Virus record (IMG/VR): IMGVR_UViG_3300030019_000003
Location: 1-64,000 of that record
Direction: 5' to 3' (one strand)
Length of the DNA: 64,000 bases
Shown here: positions 1 through 9,275 of the stretch, in pieces
How positions within the stretch are numbered: position 1 is the stretch's first letter
How the letters are laid out: every line of letters starts with the position of its first letter
Notes under the pieces: model-generated
Told to the model about the DNA's origin: nothing
The model's database searches: none
The model's input: the letters and a program-made list of their open reading frames with translations, nothing else
Program-made: the position numbers and the translations under genes

Positions 1-352
1 AATCAATACCTTCTGTTATTGAAAAGTAGACATCTCTTATAAGTTTCACAGTAGCTTTAAGACAAGTGTCTCTTTCTTCAAAACTAATAACAAGAGTGTT
101 TAACGATTTAACGATAGAAGCCTGTAAAGCACGCTGACCCATACTGATGGCTTGTTGACGTGTGAACTCTCCATTTAGACCCGTTAGAACGCCTTTAAAC
201 GCTATGTTTAAATCTTCATCTCCAAGCAAATGTAACTCGTTAGCCACAGACTCAGGATTATGAGAAAAAGTTTTATAATAAATAATTGTTTTGTTAAGAT
301 TATCGATAGCCTTATTGATGCCAGCTAACATATCTTTATACGTATTCTCCAT
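1..352 (-). CDS. Hypothetical protein, partial (runs off the window start)
   Basis: Hand translation from ATG at 352 (MENTYKDMLAGINKAIDNLNK...ITEGID) is open to base 1; AAGG RBS-like sequence upstream; not in the ORF track because it is truncated. Confidence 0.7.
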   Translation of the reverse strand, partial: MENTYKDMLAGINKAIDNLNKTIIYYKTFSHNPESVANELHLLGDEDLNIAFKGVLTGLNGEFTRQQAISMGQRALQASIVKSLNTLVISFEERDTCLKATVKLIRDVYFSITEGID

Positions 353-393
353 GGTAGACCTTTGTTATTTTTTAATTTATAGCAGTATAACTA

Positions 394-1047
394 CTATTTA
401 AAATGTGACTCTCTATAGGCAGTATTAACATCAAAACTTGGTGTATTACCGAAGCTTGTTCTATCATCTCTATAACGAGATGGATCAAACCTATCTACAG
501 AACGTGATTCACCGCGAACAGGATTAGGTTGTGATAAAGCTGGTCCAGCATTTAAGAAACCACCACCAAATATAAGAGTATTAACATCTGTAGTGGAAGC
601 ATCCTCAACCAGAGTATGTTTACCAACGTTAAACAGTAAGTCTCCAAACTCATCCAGTGCCTTAATATAAGCCACTTCAACAGGTAAACTATGAATACTA
701 CGTGAACCATAGTTCTTATATTTTTCTAAGAGTTCCTGTGTGATAGAGTATATCTTAATTGTAGCTTCTTTAATCTCTTCTTGAGTTCCCCAAAGTGACA
801 TAGTAACACCACCTTCTTTAAACAACTGTATCAGTCTAAAGAACTGCCAACATACTTTAACAGGTTCGTTAAAGTTATTAGCAACGGCTTGACCATTAAC
901 GGTTGATATAGGAGAACCCATGGTTTCAATCTCACGAGTTGATATCGTATAGATATAAGGTATTCTTATTTTAAATCGTGTATAATTAAGAAACTTTATT
1001 TCTTGTGTCAACTCGAGTATGGCTTTTTCTACTTTTAAATCAGCCAT
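394..1047 (-). CDS. Conserved phiKZ-like hypothetical/virion-region protein (gp100 position by synteny)
   Basis: 217-aa ORF tightly packed behind the 442-aa gene; position in the gp84-gp101-like block. Confidence 0.5.
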   Translation of the reverse strand: MADLKVEKAILELTQEIKFLNYTRFKIRIPYIYTISTREIETMGSPISTVNGQAVANNFNEPVKVCWQFFRLIQLFKEGGVTMSLWGTQEEIKEATIKIYSITQELLEKYKNYGSRSIHSLPVEVAYIKALDEFGDLLFNVGKHTLVEDASTTDVNTLIFGGGFLNAGPALSQPNPVRGESRSVDRFDPSRYRDDRTSFGNTPSFDVNTAYRESHFK

Positions 1048-1048
1048 A

Positions 1049-2377
1049 TCAATACCTTCTAAATGTTTTTAATAAGGCATCTTTAATAAGAGTTATCACG
1101 ATTGGAATGTAATAATACTGTTCCATAGTAGTCCATCTAGGATAATCTTCTATAAGCTTATCAATGCTTGTGATATCAAATTTCCTATTGTTAAGAAAAT
1201 CAATAACCATTGCCTCTAAAAGAGTATAGGAAGTGACGTTACCAGAATAAAAATTATTCGATAGGACATAACTTAAATCATTAATATCTTTAGCAGGTAG
1301 TATTCGTTTAGTAACATCCACTGCCAGCTCATTAACAACAGGTGGTACAGGTTTAATATAGTCGCCAATATGATTAACAATATAGTCTATATTAAGATAT
1401 TGAACACTACGTGTCAATGGGTCCATATAAACAGAGCTAGCATACATAAAGCCTATGTTCTTATCACATAGTTTTAAAAGATTAATATCTCTAGCAGCTA
1501 GGACATCCCAAAAGGTATAACGTATTGTATCATCCGCTACAGTGTTAAGACGTGTTACTTTCATTAATCCAGGATTATCAATACTGTTTATGATCTTAAA
1601 CAAATACTCTGTTAAAAAGGTATCGGTATAAACAACACCTGTGGTAGGTGGTGCAAATACTCTAGCTCTAGGGTGTAAGAAGCTACGCAGATAGTAATCT
1701 ACTAAGGTAGGAATAGCTTCTCTTAACTCGATCTTCCTAACAAATTCTTGTTTTGTAAGAACAGGTGATGACATTTCTGTTAAGTAGCTAGCATCATAAA
1801 CTTCTTCTTTTACAGTTTTCATAATGAGATCATTATACGTAGTTGTATCTTGATCTACAAACATAGCAAATTTAAAAGTTACTGTGTATACTTCACGATT
1901 GTTATAATGTTTCTGTACAACATTGGTAACATCAAATTTTGCTTCACGTCCTAAACCTGTAAACATGATACAAACATCGCCATGGGTAGGTGATATACCT
2001 GCATCTATGGTAGCATCAAAAGTAACATTCTCATAAGCATCCTGATTAAAAGGACTATCCATGAATAAGATAAGTTTATCAATTCGGCTGTACTGTCTAA
2101 GAGTTGTCGATACAGATGTATCTGAAATACCGTTAGCATCATTAGGATCAACCAGTTGAAGGAAATAAGTTACTTCTAACTTATAACCTCCAAGTTGATG
2201 CATAATACTATCAATAGAGTGATCACGAGAATATACGGTAGATATGCCTGTAACATCTTCTCCTGGAAAGTATTTTTCATGGGTATCTATATCTTCAGGA
2301 TTCTTAGGTAATACTGATTCAGCCTCATCAGCTTCGTCGAAAAACATAGAAGTAGGCTGTACTGGAGTATAACTCAT
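1049..2377 (-). CDS. Putative virion structural protein (phiKZ gp98-gp101 block)
   Basis: 442-aa ORF with ATGA-type overlap to the upstream gene; size and synteny match the phiKZ structural block. Confidence 0.5.
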   Translation of the reverse strand: MSYTPVQPTSMFFDEADEAESVLPKNPEDIDTHEKYFPGEDVTGISTVYSRDHSIDSIMHQLGGYKLEVTYFLQLVDPNDANGISDTSVSTTLRQYSRIDKLILFMDSPFNQDAYENVTFDATIDAGISPTHGDVCIMFTGLGREAKFDVTNVVQKHYNNREVYTVTFKFAMFVDQDTTTYNDLIMKTVKEEVYDASYLTEMSSPVLTKQEFVRKIELREAIPTLVDYYLRSFLHPRARVFAPPTTGVVYTDTFLTEYLFKIINSIDNPGLMKVTRLNTVADDTIRYTFWDVLAARDINLLKLCDKNIGFMYASSVYMDPLTRSVQYLNIDYIVNHIGDYIKPVPPVVNELAVDVTKRILPAKDINDLSYVLSNNFYSGNVTSYTLLEAMVIDFLNNRKFDITSIDKLIEDYPRWTTMEQYYYIPIVITLIKDALLKTFRRY

Positions 2378-3960
2378 GTTTCATCCTTCAATTGTTTAAA
2401 CGCATATACAGTAGTACCATATATTTGTTTTGTTTTGAATTTGCTAAAAGCCCATTCAAAAAGTTTAAAGATAACCTGATCTGGTTTTGTACGGTCATCT
2501 ATAATAGACTTAATAGCATCATCAGGTATATTTAAGATTGCTATTAGTACTTGTGTTAATGAGTCATCTTTAGTACTATGAACATCCATAAGATTGAGTA
2601 TGTCATCTCCAAAGTATTTTTTAATACGATTCCTAGCTTCATCGGTTAAAGCATCCAGATCCGTAACTATGGAGAATGAGAGATGGTATAAACCTTCTAC
2701 GGCTAATGGCTTATCACTATAGATATTACCTAATTCATCCATAGATAATACTATACTTCTATCAGGTTTAAAATTCTTGAATATCTCAATACTAATAAGA
2801 CCTCTATTAACAGAGCTAATATAAAATCTTTCAGAAGCTATAAGATAATTAACAATACTATCTCTTAAGGCTACTGTCTTACTCGGTAAGTTCTTAATAC
2901 TCCCTAATAGTGTACCACCAGGTGATACTTTAAGAAGTACTGTTAAAAATCTTATATAGGTAGATTGTGACACCGGTAATGTTGCTGGATCATACTCTGG
3001 TAATGTTATGTATGTTTTATCAGTTGGATAAAAAATCTTATTATACGGAAGACCTGATCTGTAAAGAGAATCATATCCTGGATTAAATTTAGACTTACTG
3101 GATATTAACCAATCACGTCTTTCGTTAATAAAAGTTCTGAATTTCTTTTTGATAAGAGTATTGTAAATAAGAATAGGGTATTTAGACATAACCGCAATAG
3201 GTTTAGAATAGGTAAAGATATAATTAAACTCTATAAACCACATACCCTTGTCACCATCTTCTTCTACTTCTATCGAAGAAATATCACCATCATAATGTCC
3301 TTCAACATACTCTTGTATCATATGGATAACCAAGTCATACTTTTGGATAACGTTATCTTTAGGTATAACAAGATCCAATCTATCGTCAAATCCTGCTTTA
3401 CAATACTCTTCAAAACTAACAGGAGCTGTAAAACGTAGATTCTTTAAAGTATTAATATGGTCTAAGAATTCTATCGTTACATTAGGTAATACATAATGAT
3501 AAGGTAAAGCGTGTATATTATTAGCAGTACCTAGTGCATTCATATTGCGAATACGGTTAGCTATCTTATTAACAGCACTTCTAGATTTGTTATAATACTT
3601 AAATCCTAAGGTACACGTGTGATCTATCTCAACAGGATAAATAGTTGTTAATATGCTATTATCTTTAAAGATAGGTGACTTATTTGTATATAAGGCTGTT
3701 AGTGCTAAATCATTACCCTCCACATTCTTCTCATCGAAGGTAACGTCAACCAGTTCAACTACTGGACCGTTAAGTCCAGCAATTGTTCCATCTTTATTTT
3801 TCTTTTTTAAAGTAGTGTTCGGATCTTTCCGGATAGGTACATCGTGAGAAATACTGTAGGATCTTAATAGATCTTTAGTAACAGTAATAAAAACACTGTT
3901 AGTAACTGTTTCAGTTATACCATCCAGCTCCACTTGTGTGCTAATCATTTTTATAAACAC
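2374..3960 (-). CDS. Putative virion structural protein (phiKZ gp98-gp101 block)
   Basis: 528-aa ORF in an operon of structural genes; synteny. Confidence 0.5.
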   Translation of the reverse strand: MFIKMISTQVELDGITETVTNSVFITVTKDLLRSYSISHDVPIRKDPNTTLKKKNKDGTIAGLNGPVVELVDVTFDEKNVEGNDLALTALYTNKSPIFKDNSILTTIYPVEIDHTCTLGFKYYNKSRSAVNKIANRIRNMNALGTANNIHALPYHYVLPNVTIEFLDHINTLKNLRFTAPVSFEEYCKAGFDDRLDLVIPKDNVIQKYDLVIHMIQEYVEGHYDGDISSIEVEEDGDKGMWFIEFNYIFTYSKPIAVMSKYPILIYNTLIKKKFRTFINERRDWLISSKSKFNPGYDSLYRSGLPYNKIFYPTDKTYITLPEYDPATLPVSQSTYIRFLTVLLKVSPGGTLLGSIKNLPSKTVALRDSIVNYLIASERFYISSVNRGLISIEIFKNFKPDRSIVLSMDELGNIYSDKPLAVEGLYHLSFSIVTDLDALTDEARNRIKKYFGDDILNLMDVHSTKDDSLTQVLIAILNIPDDAIKSIIDDRTKPDQVIFKLFEWAFSKFKTKQIYGTTVYAFKQLKDET

Positions 3961-4465
3961 CGTATCCTACGTTACGGATAGCAACAAGTATTTCTACTAC
4001 TTCTCTAATAGAGTATTTAGCAAAAAGAATAAAGAGTTCATCTACGAACATTAAAGTACTGATGTTACCTGTAATGATATTACGAATAGGTTGACTAAAC
4101 GCACTATCTTGTTTACGTAAAGCAACATGTCCTGTAAAACGAATCTGAGAGTCACTTGTGATACCAAGTATGATATCTTTTAACAAGATAGCTGTTGTAG
4201 GATTGACAGTTTCACCATCTATTACTAACTTTTTAATAAAGCTTGTAATAGACCCTAATTGACTATCATACCTATCGATTCTAAAAGCCATCTTAAAAGC
4301 TTGTTTAACTTTCATTACATTTCCAGCAAAATCTTTCTCAAGCATATTTGCTAACATTAATGTTTCTAATTCATTAATAAGTGTGATTGTTTTTTCATTG
4401 CCGCCTAAGATAGTTTCTACTTTAACAGTATTTCCGTCACTATCTTTAATACTAAACGTTGTCAT
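3941..4465 (-). CDS. Hypothetical protein, likely virion-associated
   Basis: 174-aa ORF with AAGGA RBS, overlapping the next structural gene. Confidence 0.5.
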   Translation of the reverse strand: MTTFSIKDSDGNTVKVETILGGNEKTITLINELETLMLANMLEKDFAGNVMKVKQAFKMAFRIDRYDSQLGSITSFIKKLVIDGETVNPTTAILLKDIILGITSDSQIRFTGHVALRKQDSAFSQPIRNIITGNISTLMFVDELFILFAKYSIREVVEILVAIRNVGYGVYKND

Positions 4466-4570
4466 GGTAGTCCTTATGTAAGTATATAGCTAAAACTATA
4501 CCTCAATAGGTAAAGATGTAGCTATACCTTGGTATGATTATGATTCATAAAAACAACTGAGCACAAAAAC

Positions 4571-4602
4571 TAGAACACTACTGGTTTCCCAGTAGTGTTC
4601 TA
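4571..4602 (-). terminator. Rho-independent terminator after the 449-aa head protein gene
   Basis: 14-bp stem TAGAACACTACTGG / CCAGTAGTGTTCTA, GAAA loop on the minus strand, followed by a T run on the minus strand. Confidence 0.8.
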
Positions 4603-4625
4603 AGTATAATGTACTTAAAAGATTA

Positions 4626-5975
4626 TTAAGCTTTAGGAGCTTCACCGGCGCCAGCAGCAGGCTCAGTTTTAGCAGGCTCACCGCCGGCTTTTTTAAGAGC
4701 AGCAGAAGCGTAGCTAATAAGATTACGGTTAGCGTAGACCAAACCGTTGATAGATTGAACAGCAACACCTGTAGCGTATGTATTAGCAAGTTTGCTTGCA
4801 GCCTTAGAAGCAGCAGCTTTTTCTTTATCGCCTTCAACAACACTTGCAGCAACTTTTGCATTGTCACTAACAATACCTTCACCAACTTTTCTAATCTCAT
4901 CCGCAAATGCTTTTGTTTTACCGATAACAGCTTTAGCCTCAGTAAGAATAGCAATGACACCAGCTTTGTTAGGGAACACCACTTTAAACGCTTCAACAGT
5001 CTCAGTTTTAAATGTTACTTTAGTTGCATTTCCAGCAGGAGCATCTGGGTTATCACCCAATAAAAGACCTGATAGAGTCATACCGTTAAAAGTAATAGGT
5101 AAATACGCACCTGTAAGTTCTTGGTCAATAGCACCAGGATTCTTAGTAAGATATTCTGATACTGCTTTAACCGTAGGATCAGCTATTTTTTCAAGAGCAC
5201 TAGCAGCAGAAGACATATTACCTGTGGCAACGTCACCTGTAGCTTTACCAATAGCTTTAAACACATAACCACTTGTAGCAGCACCTAGGTATGCTTTAAC
5301 ATGACTTGCGCCAGCATCAACTGTACCACCGCCAAGAATTGCGAGAACAGGGAATTGTTTAGCCCATTTTTTAGACTCATCTTCAGACCAAGTAGCATCA
5401 GCAGCAAATGTCATTTTGTTAGCTTTCTCAAGAAGACCTGTAACAGCTTTAACATCAGTGTTGAACGCAACAAGGATTTTACTCATAAGATCTTTGATTT
5501 TAAGCATAAGAGATGCAAAAAGTTTTTTAATGGTATCAACCATTGCTTTAGCAACTTCTTTAAAACCCTCAGTTGAAATTTTATATGCTGTAGCAGGACC
5601 AGTTTCAATCGTACCATAGTCTTCTTTAGCAATAACGTGATCAGACACAGAACGTCTACCATTAAGACCAGCAAATTCAACAAGAGCTCTTAGTTGTTCA
5701 GTTGCGACTGCAGCTTCAACTGGAGTAATAGGCTCACCTGATTCAATTTTCTCAGTTTGCTCTTCTGCTTGATCGTCAGCTTGCTCTTGAACCTCTTCTG
5801 CTTCTTCAATACCAGCAGCATCGTCTTCAGCATCATCAAATGCTTCAGCCATTTCATCTTCAGCTTCAGTTGCTTCAACAAGTTGTTCTGGCTCTAATGG
5901 AGTCTCTTCTACGATAGGATCTGCACATTCAGCGTCTTCTCTACCTAAAATACGTTGTAGTCTATTGCTCTTCAT
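4626..5975 (-). CDS. Abundant head-internal (inner body/ejection) protein, phiKZ gp93-like paralog family
   Basis: Very acidic N-terminal propeptide, candidate prohead-protease site ISTE|GF, then the family helix KAMVDTIKKLFASLMLKIKDL; Ala/Lys-rich mature part. Confidence 0.7.
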   Translation of the reverse strand: MKSNRLQRILGREDAECADPIVEETPLEPEQLVEATEAEDEMAEAFDDAEDDAAGIEEAEEVQEQADDQAEEQTEKIESGEPITPVEAAVATEQLRALVEFAGLNGRRSVSDHVIAKEDYGTIETGPATAYKISTEGFKEVAKAMVDTIKKLFASLMLKIKDLMSKILVAFNTDVKAVTGLLEKANKMTFAADATWSEDESKKWAKQFPVLAILGGGTVDAGASHVKAYLGAATSGYVFKAIGKATGDVATGNMSSAASALEKIADPTVKAVSEYLTKNPGAIDQELTGAYLPITFNGMTLSGLLLGDNPDAPAGNATKVTFKTETVEAFKVVFPNKAGVIAILTEAKAVIGKTKAFADEIRKVGEGIVSDNAKVAASVVEGDKEKAAASKAASKLANTYATGVAVQSINGLVYANRNLISYASAALKKAGGEPAKTEPAAGAGEAPKA

Positions 5976-6034
5976 TTTAACACCTTTTTTATTTGTTTTT
6001 TTTTTATTAATTTTTTTGCAAAAAAATCTGCATG

Positions 6035-6919
6035 TTATTTATTACGAAGTTTAGAGATTTTATACTCTAGCTCTGTAATTTCATCCTCATAGATTCCAAT
6101 TTGTTTTTGGAGTTCGTCCGTAGGAGCTTTATCTTGTTGTTGCTGTAATTCAAGAACTCTTAATGCGATTAAATCTCTTTTACGCTTTAAGTCTTCCATG
6201 TTACTTATATCCTTATCTACCAGCCACATGCCTATATGGTAGAGAGGATTTCCTATGAACCCATGAGTACTAGGAAGCATAGGTGTTTTCTCAGCACCTA
6301 AGGCAAACGCTAATACATCACTTTCGTTCTTACTTACATCTAGACTAACAGTGGTCATGGTAGAAATTTCTTCAAGCAATGACTCAAATCGTTTCCAATC
6401 ACCATATGTTTTATAGAGCTCTCCAAATGTACTGATATTATTCTTAATATCTTCGATACGTATCTTAGGAATGTTGGTGTTATTCGTTCCGATACTTATA
6501 AGATTCAAGAGATCAAGAATATACACACCCATACTACCAAGGTCACTTACTAATCTTACGATAGCAGCGTCTTTAGCACGTATAGATCTATCTGTTGAGA
6601 CAGAAGCTAGTTCCTTCTCAACTAAAGTCAATAGTTGTCTTTTATACCTAAGTATATTTTCAAACGTTGTCTTTAGTTTTGTTAGAACTGACTTTGAATC
6701 TTTAGGCGAGATATCACACGCCGTTGCCAATGCAGTTATCAAAGTACTATTCTTAATACTTGCAAGAGTGACCGCTGATAAGAGCGTATCAATACTTGGC
6801 AACACATTAGTTTCGTAGTTGGCCATAACACTTTCAAGTGTCTTGGCGACGTCATCTTTTTTAATCGTGTGATATCCATTGCTAAAAAATGAAATAATGC
6901 TGTTAATAAAATTGTTCAT
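6035..6919 (-). CDS. Major head-internal protein, phiKZ gp90-like
   Basis: C-terminal GFIGNPLYHIGMW motif followed by a coiled coil (…IYEDEITELEYKISKL), as recalled for gp90 homologs; directly downstream of the gp89-like gene. Confidence 0.65.
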   Translation of the reverse strand: MNNFINSIISFFSNGYHTIKKDDVAKTLESVMANYETNVLPSIDTLLSAVTLASIKNSTLITALATACDISPKDSKSVLTKLKTTFENILRYKRQLLTLVEKELASVSTDRSIRAKDAAIVRLVSDLGSMGVYILDLLNLISIGTNNTNIPKIRIEDIKNNISTFGELYKTYGDWKRFESLLEEISTMTTVSLDVSKNESDVLAFALGAEKTPMLPSTHGFIGNPLYHIGMWLVDKDISNMEDLKRKRDLIALRVLELQQQQDKAPTDELQKQIGIYEDEITELEYKISKLRNK

Positions 6920-6930
6920 TGCTTCCTCCG

Positions 6931-8136
6931 CTAAAATACTGGGGGCTTATTGCCCAACAGCGCTCTGACTATTTCACTTAGATCTACTTGACTATCTTTT
7001 CTTTTACCAAGACTTTTAAGGCTAAACATAGACTCACCTGGAAGGTCCTTAAGGAAAAGATGTCCACGCTCCCAATCATTATCAATGATAGTACAGCTCA
7101 TTCCTAAAAGTTGCTCAAGCATCTCTTGTCTTGCGCGCTCATTTTTAAGAATGTCTCCGTTAACTTGTTTTTTAAACATAAGTAACTCATCTGAGTTAAG
7201 AATGTACATTTGATAATATTTTTCAAAACCAACTGTCTTATCATACGTGATCTTAGAGTTAGCAGATATAACCCTATTGTTAATAGCGTCCAATAGTCCA
7301 GCTTTATCTTTAAACTTATTTTCTTTGTACTCTTTTATAAGATCAGAGGCAGTAAGTAATTCTCTCCAGCTAACGACACCTGCTTTATGATCAAGCCAAC
7401 GCATAGCAAGAGTTTTCTCAGCACTGTTAGGTTTCATAATAAGCAAGATATTATCAGGGCTGGCAAATCTAACATCAGCGCGAATCATCAGTGGTAGAAT
7501 AATGTTATAGTCAGATGGCTTATCACCGATTTTAATTTTAATCGTGGTAGCAATATTTAAATTTCTGTAAACGATAACCGAATTATTAGAGGCCCCGTCT
7601 TTACCAAACTCAGTTGGTTTCACAGCAGCATAGGCTTTGACGTTACCATTTTTAGTAGTATCGTCTTCAATAGCGATATCCAATGATTCATTACTAAAGA
7701 GTTCTCTAATATAGTCTTTCTCGTAAGATTCTGAAGATCCTTTTAAGAAATTTAAAGAATTAAGACCACCCTTAATAAGGCTTCCGTTTCCTGTACCTAG
7801 GATATCAACTGTCGTTAGTACATCTTTACCGAACATGGTTCTTAATGTTTCAAATGACTGCATATAGAATGCCGCAAAGACATCCATATTCAAATCAATG
7901 ACCTTATCTATATTTTGTGTATTGCGTAAAGATTCAGATACGACGATCATAGGTTGTATCATGAATTTTGATGCTAACTTAGTGGTAGAACCATTCATAA
8001 TCAGCAGTTGTGAATCAGTAGCGCCGAACTCATTAATAACGGCTGCACCTATTTCGCCATAGCTGTCATACTGTTTAGAGGTAACCGTGCTGATAATGCG
8101 GCTGATAATACTTAGACCTACAGCGACTCCATACAT
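6931..8136 (-). CDS. Head-internal protein, phiKZ gp89-like
   Basis: RWLDHKAGVVSWRELLTASDLIKEYK motif and synteny; start moved from 8172 to ATG 8136 because of the AAGGAG RBS; internal S/A-x-E sites (FSNE|S, IAIE|D). Confidence 0.65.
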   Translation of the reverse strand: MYGVAVGLSIISRIISTVTSKQYDSYGEIGAAVINEFGATDSQLLIMNGSTTKLASKFMIQPMIVVSESLRNTQNIDKVIDLNMDVFAAFYMQSFETLRTMFGKDVLTTVDILGTGNGSLIKGGLNSLNFLKGSSESYEKDYIRELFSNESLDIAIEDDTTKNGNVKAYAAVKPTEFGKDGASNNSVIVYRNLNIATTIKIKIGDKPSDYNIILPLMIRADVRFASPDNILLIMKPNSAEKTLAMRWLDHKAGVVSWRELLTASDLIKEYKENKFKDKAGLLDAINNRVISANSKITYDKTVGFEKYYQMYILNSDELLMFKKQVNGDILKNERARQEMLEQLLGMSCTIIDNDWERGHLFLKDLPGESMFSLKSLGKRKDSQVDLSEIVRALLGNKPPVF

Positions 8137-8225
8137 TTTCTTCTCCTTATAAATACTATACTTATCATACAAAATAGTATTAATACCTAACGAAGAGGTT
8201 AAATGATTAAAAATAAGGATGAAAT

Positions 8226-9266
8226 ATGGCTAATGACATTATGAAAGATGTAACTACCATAGATGGTTTTCTACAGAAAACACAACCTATGGGTAGCCAG
8301 GCTAAGGCTATTTCTAATAATATATGGGGATTAAATCACCAAGGAGCTCCAGCCTTTGTTCCTAATAGTAAAGACGTCTATGGTTTAGCTTTGTTCACAA
8401 GACCACAACTTAATCTTAAAACAACGAACTTAAGAAATGATAGAAAGATGTACAGTTTTTTAACAAAACTAACTTCTAAATTATCTTATGCTATCAGAGG
8501 TTGGTTAGATCCAAGATTACACTATAATGAAAATGGTAGTAGCCCGCTAGTAGATTCACAGCAGGCATTTATTTCTATATTAACAAATGATCTTTTATCT
8601 ATGTCTGGGTGGCCTGATGAGGTATTACCAACATTTACTTCTAAAGAAGGAACCCGTAGGGAACAATGGATCATAGGTGATGGTACCGTAGATATTTATG
8701 ATAATTTCAATATAGAAACAACCCATCGTAACACTATTAACGAACCAATCACGGCTATGATTCATATTTGGATACGGTATATCTCTAATGTATTCGAAGG
8801 TATCATGTCACCTTATATGGATTTTATATTAGAAAATGAAATTGATTATAATACACGTATCTATAGGTTGGTTCTAGATGAGTCACGGAGGTATGTTAAA
8901 AAGATAGCCGCAACAGGTGTCAGCTTCCCTGTTAATAATCCGATAGGTAGATTCTTCGATTTTAATGCCAATGTTAAATATTCAGATCAAACTAAGGATA
9001 TGAATATACGTTTCTATAGTATCGGTGCTTTATATCTTGATGATATTCTTATTAAAGAATTTAATGCAGCATCAGGTATCTTTTGTAGTGGTATTCGTGA
9101 CCTTATAGCAAACGGGTCAACTTCATTATGGAAAGTACCAGAGGAATTTAAAATAAGATTAAATAACAGAGGGTATCTATATATTAACCCTAAAACTTAT
9201 GAGTTGGAAATCTATGTTAGTAAAGATTCCCCAGAAGTACAAGCAATCATCTCAGAGATGAGTTAG
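8226..9266 (+). CDS. Virion structural protein, phiKZ gp88-like (tail/baseplate associated, tentative)
   Basis: GLNHQ...PNSKDVYGLALFTRPQLNL motif; divergently transcribed pair with the 955-aa gene, as in the phiKZ gp87/88 inversion. Confidence 0.6.
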   Translation: MANDIMKDVTTIDGFLQKTQPMGSQAKAISNNIWGLNHQGAPAFVPNSKDVYGLALFTRPQLNLKTTNLRNDRKMYSFLTKLTSKLSYAIRGWLDPRLHYNENGSSPLVDSQQAFISILTNDLLSMSGWPDEVLPTFTSKEGTRREQWIIGDGTVDIYDNFNIETTHRNTINEPITAMIHIWIRYISNVFEGIMSPYMDFILENEIDYNTRIYRLVLDESRRYVKKIAATGVSFPVNNPIGRFFDFNANVKYSDQTKDMNIRFYSIGALYLDDILIKEFNAASGIFCSGIRDLIANGSTSLWKVPEEFKIRLNNRGYLYINPKTYELEIYVSKDSPEVQAIISEMS

Positions 9267-9275
9267 AGGTAAAAA

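Noticed and set aside
4538-5881. Several overlapping ORFs on both strands over the 449-aa head gene (4538-4996, 4755-5063, 4792-5268, 5301-5619, 5483-5881)
   Set aside because: Shadow ORFs caused by the biased codon usage of a highly expressed gene; no RBS, and repetitive Leu/Lys or Ser/Phe translations
5984-6027. Long T/A homopolymers and the 18-bp palindrome ATTTTTTTGCAAAAAAAT upstream of the 449-aa gene
   Set aside because: Low-complexity AT-rich leader; not distinguishable from chance or from a simple translational enhancer
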